Source of the DNA: Eubacterium sp.
GTDB taxonomy: Bacteria > Bacillota > Clostridia > Oscillospirales > Ruminococcaceae
Direction: 5' to 3'
DNA length: 64,000 nucleotides
Assembly (NCBI GenBank): GCA_031271685.1
Contig: JAISVH010000119.1
Coordinates: 362-64,361, forward strand
How positions within the stretch are numbered: position 1 is the stretch's first letter; each line of letters starts with the position of its first letter. Below, piece after piece: positions 38,301-46,696 of this stretch. The notes under the pieces are model-generated. The model was given only the letters and a program-made list of their open reading frames with translations, was not told where the DNA came from and ran no database searches. The position numbers were made by a program, and so were the translations under genes.

Positions 38301-38656
38301 AATAGACCTTTCTTTAGGCAACACGGCACAACACGCGCCTGTCGGCTTGAAACGCCGACCAACTGCGTGCCTTCGGTTCGTCACTGTTTGGCGGTGCACC
38401 GACTGACAGTGATTGACAAAAAATCCGGACTTGCGCCTTGCAAGCCGGAGTTGCGCGCTGCGACTCTAAGTTTTTCTTTTAGTTTTTGCGGTTATTTTTA
38501 ATTTATGCGCAATAGGAAATTAATGCGTTTTTTCTATAAATATCCCAAAAAAATCAAAAAAATCCCATATATTTTGACAAAAATTGACGATTTTGAGAAA
38601 ATAAATTTAGGGGTGAGGACATACTTGAAAATATCTCTAAAAATGCAACGGATTTT

Positions 38657-39214
38657 TTGTTTTCTATTACCTCAAACAAATTTGATGAAAAATATTATGA
38701 AGTATACAAGTATGGCATAGAAATATTATTGTCAACAGTCATAGATGTTGTTTTAATAGTTTTTTTTGGAACTTTGTTTGGTAATACATTAAATGGATTA
38801 TTATATTTAATAGTTTTTATTCCTCTCCGTCAATTTACCGGCGGATTTCACGCTAAAACGCACTTAAGATGTACTTTATGCTCAATAAGCGTTTTTTCGC
38901 TTATTTGTTTTATAAATGTTTTTTTATTTCCCTATATTAACATTATTGCGTTGGAAGTTTTTATATTGTTAGGATTTATAGTTATAGTTATATATGCTCC
39001 TGTCATAAATGTAAATAAGATTTTAACTGAAAAAAAAGCAAAAATCAATAAGAAAAGATCTATTATACTTTATTGGATTATATGTTTATTTGCATTAATT
39101 ATCTTTCCGATTAATGTCCATTATAGCGGGATGATTTTTTTAACGGTATCCTCCATAATTTTAATGATATTATTGGAAGAGATTTTAAAGGCGGTTAGAG
39201 GATATAAGCGATGA
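38657..39214 (+). CDS. agrB: Accessory gene regulator B (AgrB) family peptide-processing membrane protease
   Basis: RQFTGGFHAKTHLRCTLCS (catalytic His/Cys region) and 4-6 TMs. The frame is open back to 38597, and the conserved N-terminal LENISKNATDFL has no canonical start codon. Confidence 0.8.
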   Translation: MFSITSNKFDEKYYEVYKYGIEILLSTVIDVVLIVFFGTLFGNTLNGLLYLIVFIPLRQFTGGFHAKTHLRCTLCSISVFSLICFINVFLFPYINIIALEVFILLGFIVIVIYAPVINVNKILTEKKAKINKKRSIILYWIICLFALIIFPINVHYSGMIFLTVSSIILMILLEEILKAVRGYKR

Positions 39215-39240
39215 TTTCTTAGCTTGCGCTTATGTTTTCT

Positions 39241-39249
39241 TGGTATAAT
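39241..39249 (+). promoter_or_regulatory. Extended -10 element downstream of agrB
   Basis: TGGTATAAT (TGnTATAAT). No well-spaced -35 element. Confidence 0.35.
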
Positions 39250-39385
39250 CACTGTTTATAAGATTTTATTATAGAGCAAAATTTTTTAGAAAAAATGGCC
39301 AGATCAATTTAATTAAAAGTTTTGCATTTCAAAAGCAAAGGTTTGGAACACAATCGAAGTGACAATAGAATCGCCTTACTGTTTA

Positions 39386-39427
39386 CCCAAAAAGCAGAGT
39401 GGATACACTCTGCTTTTTGGGTTTTTT
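39386..39427 (+). terminator. Strong intrinsic terminator downstream of agrB
   Basis: CCCAAAAAGCAGAGTG-GATA-CACTCTGCTTTTTGGG followed by TTTTTT. Confidence 0.85.
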
Positions 39428-39466
39428 GAGTTACACGTAACGGTTATGATCTCCTGTGAGCTGATA

Positions 39467-39495
39467 TTGAATTAAAAATTAGTTTATGATATACT
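39467..39495 (+). promoter_or_regulatory. Promoter of the oxidoreductase gene
   Basis: TTGAAT, 17 nt, TATACT. Confidence 0.55.
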
Positions 39496-39528
39496 GTAAT
39501 TATGACAGATGATATGTTTTAAAAAACA

Positions 39529-39565
39529 TATAACACTGGAAGAGGTTACGCCGCAGATGTTTGAA
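39529..39565 (+). repeat. Repeat locus R15: minimal BA unit (37 bp)
   Basis: TATAACACTGGAAGAGGTTACGCCGCAGATGTTTGAA. Confidence 0.8.
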
Positions 39566-39625
39566 AAAACGGCTAAAAATCCAGATATGTGATTTGCGCG
39601 AAAATATTGAAAGGATTTTGATAGT

Positions 39626-40645
39626 ATGGTAGGCATTGCTATTATAGGCACAGGGGGAATTTCAAAAAAGCATATTGCGGCGGCGTTGAACTTCCCAAAA
39701 CGCTGTGAGATTCGCGCACTTTGCAACCGGGATACTACAAAAGCGGAAAAGCTTTGCGGCGAATTTAACTTAAGCGCTGAAATTTTTAGCGATTATACAA
39801 AATTAATCGGGGATCCGTCGATAGGTCTTGCGATTGTTTGCACTCCGCCGGCAAGTCATGCTCAAATAACGTTGGATTTTTTTAAAAACGGCAGGCACGT
39901 CCTAGTTGAAAAGCCAATGGCGCTGACTTTGGAGGAAGCCGGCAGGATGCTGTCAGCCGGGCGCGACGGCGGACCGGTGTTTTCGGTTGTATCGCAAAAC
40001 CGTTTTATTAGCGGATATGCCAAACTAAAATCTATTGTTGACAGCGGACTGTTGGGCCGTATTAAATTTGCGCAGGTGAATTCATATTGGTGGAGGGGAA
40101 AATCTTATCACAGCCTGCCGTGGCGCGGCATGTATAAAAGTGAGGGCGGCGGAGTTACGACTAGCCAGGCGATACATCATATAGACTTGCTTTTATGGAT
40201 TATGGGCATGCCAAATAAAGTTACTTCGACGGTAAAAAATTTCGGCCATCCGGACGCTGAAGTGGAGGATCTTTCTGTGGCAATTTTTGAATATGACGAT
40301 GCCGTGGCGGTATTCACGGCTTCTCAGCTACACCACGGGTCAAGAAGCTTAATTGAGCTTCAGGGAGAGCACGCATCTATTTCCTGGCCGTTTTGTGTAA
40401 ATGCCAATATTGAAAAGCCGGACGGATTTCCTATTGAAAATAAAAAACTAAAATCTGAAATCGAAAGCTTTTATGATTCGCTTAAAGACATAGAATACGA
40501 GCCCTTTACCGCACAGCTTGACGATGTGCTGACAGCAATAGAAACAGAGGGGCAACCTTTGGTTAGCGCCACTGATGGATATAGGGCAATGGAACTGATA
40601 GGCAAAATATATAGGACGGCGGGAATAGCAATTGCCAATCGATAA
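39626..40645 (+). CDS. Gfo/Idh/MocA-family oxidoreductase
   Basis: N-terminal IAIIGTGGISKKH Rossmann motif and the EKPMALTLEE motif. Confidence 0.85.
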   Translation: MVGIAIIGTGGISKKHIAAALNFPKRCEIRALCNRDTTKAEKLCGEFNLSAEIFSDYTKLIGDPSIGLAIVCTPPASHAQITLDFFKNGRHVLVEKPMALTLEEAGRMLSAGRDGGPVFSVVSQNRFISGYAKLKSIVDSGLLGRIKFAQVNSYWWRGKSYHSLPWRGMYKSEGGGVTTSQAIHHIDLLLWIMGMPNKVTSTVKNFGHPDAEVEDLSVAIFEYDDAVAVFTASQLHHGSRSLIELQGEHASISWPFCVNANIEKPDGFPIENKKLKSEIESFYDSLKDIEYEPFTAQLDDVLTAIETEGQPLVSATDGYRAMELIGKIYRTAGIAIANR

Positions 40646-40646
40646 T

Positions 40647-40729
40647 TCAAAAATCTGCGGCGGATTCTTTTCCGCTTTAAAGTTGGAGGACTATACTCTA
40701 ACAAGCGTCAGCATTGGGTTGAAATCATC
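40647..40729 (-). repeat. Repeat locus R16: partial BA element (reverse), starting right after the oxidoreductase stop codon
   Basis: TTCAAAAATCTGCGGCGGATTC...TATACTCTAACAAGCGTCAGCATTGGGTTGAAATCATC. Confidence 0.7.
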
Positions 40730-40867
40730 TAAAAAACCCTAATGTTCCTGTTTGAAGCAACACGCTCTAAGAAAAATGACTTGCGGTTTTTTAAAATATA
40801 TTGTATAATTATTTTGGTAGCAGTATTTCATGAATTTTCGGATATTTTTGATAAGGGGGGAGAAACA

Positions 40868-42823
40868 ATGGATTGGTTTAAAAACAGCAAAACAAAGGCC
40901 ATGTTTTCCGCCATTAAGGATGCGTTGCTTGAAGTTTTGAGGGGAAATTTAAGCCGTCCCGAAAGCGTCGAAAACGAAGAAACAAATGAAATTCTAAATA
41001 TAATAGGAGATATAGCCGACAAATTTTCATCCGAAGCGCATGAACGCGAAACGGCGCTCAAAACGAAAAGGGAGTATGAAAATCTGCTTAAGGAAAATAT
41101 TCGTGTCGCTGAAGAGGTTTCGTCTGCCCAAGCGTTGCTTTTATCTCATATTAGCCGTGAGATAAGAACCCCGATGAATAGTATAATCGGATTTTCTGAA
41201 TTGGCGTTGGACGACGTTATTCCCCCTAATACCCGAGAATATTTAAACAAAATCATTGACAGTTCAGACTGGCTTTTGCATACAATAGACGACATTATAG
41301 ATGTCGCAAAAATTGAATCTGGTAAAATTGAACTTGAAAGCGTGCCTTTCGATTTGCGCAAGGTATTCGAAAATTGCAAGGCTTCTGCCATGCTGAGCGC
41401 AAAGAAAAAGGGAGCGGAATTATATTGTTATGCCGAACCGACCGTTGGGAGAAAGATGGTAGGAGACCCTGTTAGACTGCGTCAGGTTTTGCTTAATTTG
41501 CTTTCTGCCGCGTTAAATTTCACAGCCGGCGGCTCCGTAAAGCTTTTGGCGTATATCACAAGTATGGGCGAAAACTGCTGCGCAGTATGTTTCGAGGTAA
41601 AGGGCGCCGATTTTAATAACAAGCAAGCAGGCATGGTATTTGAGCTGTTTAAACAAAACGGAGCAAAAAGTATTAAAGACATAAAGAAACATGAATATGT
41701 CGGTACGGGTCTTATTATAGCTAAAAACATAATTGAACTTATGGGCGGAAAGTTGGAAATGGAGAGCGTTTCCGGTGAAGGAGGAGGATTTAGCTTTGAG
41801 CTTCAGTTCGAAACTATAGAGGCTCCCGTTGACATGCCTGAAGAAGTAAAAAGCAGAGAAACGGAGATTAAAAAACCTCTTTTTAGCGGAGAAGTATTGG
41901 TTTGCGAAGACAATCTGATGAATCAGCAGGTCGTTTGTGAACATCTTTCAAGGGTTGGGCTGAAATTTGATTTGGCTCAAAATGGCAAAGAAGGGATAGA
42001 CCATGTTGTACGCCGAATGGAGCGAGGGGAAAGGCCTTTTGATCTGATTTTTATGGATATCCACATGCCGGTAATGGACGGAGTGGAGGCGGCCTCGTAT
42101 ATTTTTAAACTTGAAACCGGCACACCGATCGTGGCGATGACGGCAAATATCATGTTTAGCGACCGCGCGCGCTGCCAAACTAGCGGTATGCGCGACTTTA
42201 TCGGAAAGCCTTTCACAGCGCAGGAGCTTTGGCGCTGTTTGCTGAAATACATAAATCCTATAGGGATTGACGACGTTGATGAGACTGGAGGGGAATCCGG
42301 ATTTGATGAAAAGTTTAATATGCGGCTGAGATCTGATTTTATAAAAGGAAATAGCGAAGGGATTAAAGCAATTGTGAGCGCAATAAATAAAGGCGACCTA
42401 AAATCAGCTCACAGGCTTGCGCACAGCCTTAAGACAGACGCCTCGATTATAGGAATGGACGACCTGAGCGAAGCGGCCGCTTCAGTTGAAGATCGGCTAA
42501 AGGACGGAATAAATTATGTTACGGAAGATATGTTGGTCTCACTTGAAAAAGAGCTTGATTCGGCGATCGACAAGTTGAATATTGTTTTGGGACACGCGGA
42601 GGGCTCTAGCGAACAAAGTGCCGAAAATTTAAGCCGCGAGGAAATTAAAAAACTTATAAAAAACATTGAACCGTTAATAAAAAGCGGCAACCCGGAGTGT
42701 TTGCGGTTTATCGGCGGACTTAGGGCAATAAAAGGCAGCGAAAAGCTGATCGAGCAAATGAATGATTTTGATTTTGCTCAAGCCGAACTTACGCTTGAGG
42801 TGCTGAAAAAAGAATTGGAGTAG
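40868..42823 (+). CDS. Cytoplasmic hybrid histidine kinase-like protein (HisKA, degenerate HATPase, REC, HPt)
   Basis: H-box SHISREIRTPMNSIIGFSE, REC DLIFMDIHMP and HPt HRLAHSLKTDAS are present. N and G1 boxes are degenerate. ATG 40868 follows GGGGGGAG. Confidence 0.85.
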   Translation: MDWFKNSKTKAMFSAIKDALLEVLRGNLSRPESVENEETNEILNIIGDIADKFSSEAHERETALKTKREYENLLKENIRVAEEVSSAQALLLSHISREIRTPMNSIIGFSELALDDVIPPNTREYLNKIIDSSDWLLHTIDDIIDVAKIESGKIELESVPFDLRKVFENCKASAMLSAKKKGAELYCYAEPTVGRKMVGDPVRLRQVLLNLLSAALNFTAGGSVKLLAYITSMGENCCAVCFEVKGADFNNKQAGMVFELFKQNGAKSIKDIKKHEYVGTGLIIAKNIIELMGGKLEMESVSGEGGGFSFELQFETIEAPVDMPEEVKSRETEIKKPLFSGEVLVCEDNLMNQQVVCEHLSRVGLKFDLAQNGKEGIDHVVRRMERGERPFDLIFMDIHMPVMDGVEAASYIFKLETGTPIVAMTANIMFSDRARCQTSGMRDFIGKPFTAQELWRCLLKYINPIGIDDVDETGGESGFDEKFNMRLRSDFIKGNSEGIKAIVSAINKGDLKSAHRLAHSLKTDASIIGMDDLSEAAASVEDRLKDGINYVTEDMLVSLEKELDSAIDKLNIVLGHAEGSSEQSAENLSREEIKKLIKNIEPLIKSGNPECLRFIGGLRAIKGSEKLIEQMNDFDFAQAELTLEVLKKELE

Positions 42824-42826
42824 TTT

Positions 42827-45800
42827 ATGAGAGGCGGGAGCTTTATGAAAACAGTTAAAAGTTCTGCTTGTTTAGCGTTTGCGGGCGTTTTTGCCTTTTT
42901 TCTTTTATTTTCAGGCTTCAAAACAGTTTCGGATAATAATAATAGTGAATCAGGAAACTCGGAACATTACAGCTCTTTTCGCGACATACCCGGTGTGACT
43001 GAAGAGGAAATCGCGGCAATAGATGTCCTTCGTGAAAAAAATGATTATTTTGTTTATGGCATGCCGTTAACTGTTGACTCGTTTTTAGTAGAAGGAGAGA
43101 TAAGGGGATATTCGGCCATTTTGTGCGATTGGTTAAGCAAACTGTTTGATATTCGATTCAAACCGGAGTATTACTCGTTCAGAGACTTGATCGACGGGCT
43201 TAAAAGCCATGAAATCGACTTTAGCGGCGAGTTGGCGATAAATGATGAGCGCCGGGAAATTTATTTTATGACCGATGCTATTGCGGAGCATTATTTGAAA
43301 TATTATCGGCTTGAAGACAGCGAGCCGCTCTCGGAAATTGCGGAAAAGCGCAAGCTTAGATATGGCTTTATTGAAGATGGGATCACACACGAAATTATTG
43401 GGATAGAACCCCCTGAAAATTCGTTTGAGACAGTATTTGTATCCGAGTTGGAACAGGTTCACAGTCTGCTTAAAAGCGGAGCTATTGACGCTTTTTTTAA
43501 CAGTGATAGCGCCGAGGCTTTTTTTGACCGCTATGACGACATTACTTCAGAGAGCTACTTGCCGCTGATTTATGTGTCTATCGGAATGGCGACCCAAAAT
43601 CCGGAGCTTGCCCCTGTGATCTCGGTGATTCAAAAAGCTATTAAAAACGGCGCGATGAAAAATTTTACAGAATTTTATAGAGAAGGGCGCGAAGAATATT
43701 TAAAGCACAAATTAAATCAGAAATTAACAAACGAAGAGCGCGAATATATAAAAGCCCATCCGGAGGTGAGCTTTGCGGCGCAATACGACAACTATCCGAT
43801 AAGCTTTTATAACGGATACGAAGACGAGTGGCAGGGAATTGCTTTTGACGTATTGGCTGAAGCGGAAAAGCTCACGGGATTAAAATTTAAGCTTATAAAA
43901 AATGAAAGAATCCATTGGCCGCAAATTCTAAAAATGCTTGAAAATGGCGAAATTCCCATGATATCTGATCTTATACGAACAAAAGATCGGGAGGGGCGGT
44001 TTCTTTGGCCTGAAAACGAGGTGGTGATTGGAAACTACTCGCTTATTTCAAAATCCGACTACCCAAACATAAGCATCAACGAAGTTTTAAAAGCAAGGGT
44101 GGGGGTAGCGCGGGGCACGGCTTATGAAAAGCTGTTTAAAACATGGTTCCCTAGCCACGTAAATACGATAGAATATGGAACCGTAAACGAAGCTTATGAG
44201 GCGCTTGAACGCGGCGAGACGGATATGGTTATGTCTACCCAACTTCAACTTTTAATGATAACTAATTATCTAGAAAAGGTAGGGTATAAATCAAATATAG
44301 TCTTTGATTATACCTATGGTTCCACCTTTGGGTTTAATAAGGATGAGACGGTTCTTTGCTCTATAATGGATAAGACGATGGAGCTTATTGACGTCGGGTT
44401 GATTTCAAGGCAGTGGACATCTAAGACTTATGACTACAGGGCAAAATTGCTTGAATCGCAATTTCCATGGCTGATGGGCACTATTATAATGTTTCTATTC
44501 GTAATTTTACTTCTTTTTATTATAAGCTTAAAAAAACGGCATGAAGGCCAGCGGCTTGAAAAGCTTGTGGTTGAACGAACCAACGAATTAGAGCTGCGGA
44601 CAGCAATGCTTTCAACTATGTTGAATTCTATTCCGGATTTGGTATTTTGTAAAGATTTAGACTTTAATTTTATGCTGTGCAACAAAAGCTTTGAGGATAA
44701 TTTCGGGGTTTCTGCAAAAGATATTGTCGGCAAAAACGATGCGGGCATTCCTTATTTGCCTGAAGAAATCTTAAAAAAATTTAAAGAAACGGAACGAGTG
44801 GTAATAAGAGAACGGCGTATGTTGGTGGCAGATGAAATCGTACCAAGAGCAAACGGAGAAACGCAGTATTTTGAGACTATAAAAGTTCCGATTATTAAAA
44901 ACGGCCGGTTAATAGGTCTTCTCGGCGTTGCCAGAGATATTTCGCAGCGTAAGGCTGCCGAAGAAGAAGCTCGAATAGCGTCTCTAGCCAAATCTGACTT
45001 TCTTGCCCATATGAGCCATGAAATAAGAACCCCCATGAACAGCATTATTGGATTTTCAGAGTTGGCCATGGACGACGACATATCAATTAAAACCAGGAAA
45101 TATCTTAATAAAATTTCGGATAATTCATATTGGCTTTTAAAAATTATAGACGATATTCTAGATATATCAAAAATCGAGTCCGGCAAAATGAAACTCGAAA
45201 ATGTGCCGTTTGGGCTGAATAATCTATTAAAAAAATGCCGCGCCGAAATTGCGCCTAAAGCTTTGGAAAAAGGGATAGCGCTTCGCTTTTATTCTGAGCC
45301 GGCCACGGGGAGGAAGCTTATTGGCGATCCCATGCGCCTTCGTCAAGCGCTTGTTAATATATTATCAAACGCGGTTAAATTCACAAAAACCGGCATGGTT
45401 AAGCTTTCGGTTTATATTACTGGAACGACAGAACACACTCACACAATTCGTTTTGAGATTCAAGACAGCGGAATAGGAATGACTAAGGAACAGATAGTCA
45501 AAATATTTGACCTATTTACACAAGTAGAAACCGGCACCACCCGTAAATATGGAGGGACTGGTTTGGGGCTGTCGATTACAAAAAGCATTATTGAGCTTAT
45601 GGGAGGCAGACTGGATGTTGAGAGCATACCGGCTGTAGGCAGCAAATTCAGTTTTGAGCTTACGTTTGATACAATTAATGTTCCTGAAGGACCGTCTGAT
45701 AAAAAAGAGGCCGACCGCTCGGATGAGATAGAAAGGCCGTTTTTCGACGGTGAAATCCTGTTGTGCGAGGACAATGCGATGAACCAACAGGTCATTTGTG

Positions 45801-46696
45801 AGCACTTAAGCAGGGTCGGGCTTAAAACAGTGGTGGCGCAAAACGGACGTGAAGGGGTTGATATTGTTTTGAGCCGCGCCAAAATAGGCAAGCCGTTTGA
45901 TCTTATTTTTATGGATATACATATGCCTGTTATGAACGGTATTGAGGCTTCTGAAAAAATTGTTAAGGCAAAAATAGAAACGCCGATAATAGCTATGACC
46001 GCCAATATAACTAAAGCTGATCGTGAGCTTTATAAAAAAAGCGGTATGCTTTATTGTGTGGGAAAACCTTTTACCTCTCAGGAATTGTGGCAGTGTTTGT
46101 TAAACCATCTGGTTCCTATAAGCTTTGAAAAAGACGAGAATAAACGATTTACAGGTATTGAAGATGAAAAACTTATGCTAAAGTTAAAGATAGGTTTTTA
46201 TAAAGAAAATAAGGATATATTCGATGAAATAAAAAAGGCTCTCGACACGGAAGATCGCAAAACGGCCCATAGATTGGCGCACAGTTTGAAAACCAATGCG
46301 GCGCTGATAGGGAAATTGGAGCTTCAAAAAGTATCGACCGAGCTTGAAACAACGCTTAAAAATGATGGAATTTCAGTTTCAGAAGAACAATTACGCTTGT
46401 TTAAATCTGAATTAAGCGATGTTTTAAAAGAATTTAAACCCATAGTTGACAAAAGCCGCGAAGAAGCTTTAAAAACAAAAGGCGAAACTTTAGAAAGGGA
46501 AATGATAATCCGGATTCTAAATGAGCTTGAGCCTTTGATAAAAAGCGGAAATCCCGAATGCCTTATGTTTATCGAAAGCATTCGAGCAATACCGGGTGGA
46601 GGGGAGCTTATATCACAAATGGAAGAATATGATTTTGAACTCGCGCTTAAGACGCTTTATAATCTGATGAAAGGCATGGAAAAATCTAATGCTTGA
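42827..46696 (+). CDS. BvgS-like hybrid sensor kinase (signal/TM, 2x family-3 solute-binding domain, TM, PAS, HisKA, HATPase, REC, HPt)
   Basis: Two PBPb-like regions (aa about 60-290 and about 300-540). TM at WLMGTIIMFLFVILLLFIISL. H-box SHEIRTPMNS, N-box SNAVKFT, G1 DSGIGM, G2 GGTGLGL, REC and HPt. Confidence 0.88.
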   Translation: MRGGSFMKTVKSSACLAFAGVFAFFLLFSGFKTVSDNNNSESGNSEHYSSFRDIPGVTEEEIAAIDVLREKNDYFVYGMPLTVDSFLVEGEIRGYSAILCDWLSKLFDIRFKPEYYSFRDLIDGLKSHEIDFSGELAINDERREIYFMTDAIAEHYLKYYRLEDSEPLSEIAEKRKLRYGFIEDGITHEIIGIEPPENSFETVFVSELEQVHSLLKSGAIDAFFNSDSAEAFFDRYDDITSESYLPLIYVSIGMATQNPELAPVISVIQKAIKNGAMKNFTEFYREGREEYLKHKLNQKLTNEEREYIKAHPEVSFAAQYDNYPISFYNGYEDEWQGIAFDVLAEAEKLTGLKFKLIKNERIHWPQILKMLENGEIPMISDLIRTKDREGRFLWPENEVVIGNYSLISKSDYPNISINEVLKARVGVARGTAYEKLFKTWFPSHVNTIEYGTVNEAYEALERGETDMVMSTQLQLLMITNYLEKVGYKSNIVFDYTYGSTFGFNKDETVLCSIMDKTMELIDVGLISRQWTSKTYDYRAKLLESQFPWLMGTIIMFLFVILLLFIISLKKRHEGQRLEKLVVERTNELELRTAMLSTMLNSIPDLVFCKDLDFNFMLCNKSFEDNFGVSAKDIVGKNDAGIPYLPEEILKKFKETERVVIRERRMLVADEIVPRANGETQYFETIKVPIIKNGRLIGLLGVARDISQRKAAEEEARIASLAKSDFLAHMSHEIRTPMNSIIGFSELAMDDDISIKTRKYLNKISDNSYWLLKIIDDILDISKIESGKMKLENVPFGLNNLLKKCRAEIAPKALEKGIALRFYSEPATGRKLIGDPMRLRQALVNILSNAVKFTKTGMVKLSVYITGTTEHTHTIRFEIQDSGIGMTKEQIVKIFDLFTQVETGTTRKYGGTGLGLSITKSIIELMGGRLDVESIPAVGSKFSFELTFDTINVPEGPSDKKEADRSDEIERPFFDGEILLCEDNAMNQQVICEHLSRVGLKTVVAQNGREGVDIVLSRAKIGKPFDLIFMDIHMPVMNGIEASEKIVKAKIETPIIAMTANITKADRELYKKSGMLYCVGKPFTSQELWQCLLNHLVPISFEKDENKRFTGIEDEKLMLKLKIGFYKENKDIFDEIKKALDTEDRKTAHRLAHSLKTNAALIGKLELQKVSTELETTLKNDGISVSEEQLRLFKSELSDVLKEFKPIVDKSREEALKTKGETLEREMIIRILNELEPLIKSGNPECLMFIESIRAIPGGGELISQMEEYDFELALKTLYNLMKGMEKSNA

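Noticed and set aside
38505-38720. The 71-aa ORF overlapping the agrB 5' end, considered as a real gene or as evidence of a frameshift in agrB.
   Set aside because: Its translation is lysine-rich, low-complexity sequence from AT-rich DNA. The AgrB-like N-terminal residues (LENISKNATDFL) lie in the agrB frame, not in this one. Only the 32-codon TTG-initiated sub-ORF is kept as a weak note under the AgrB finding.
39232-39261. The 9-codon ORF MFSWYNHCL directly after agrB, and a GTG-initiated 38-codon frame at 39359-39475, considered as AgrD candidates.
   Set aside because: The first is too short for a leader, ring and tail, and its Cys lies 2 residues from the end. The second has no RBS and runs through the intrinsic terminator hairpin. 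Neither has the acidic or Pro-containing C-terminal recognition tail.
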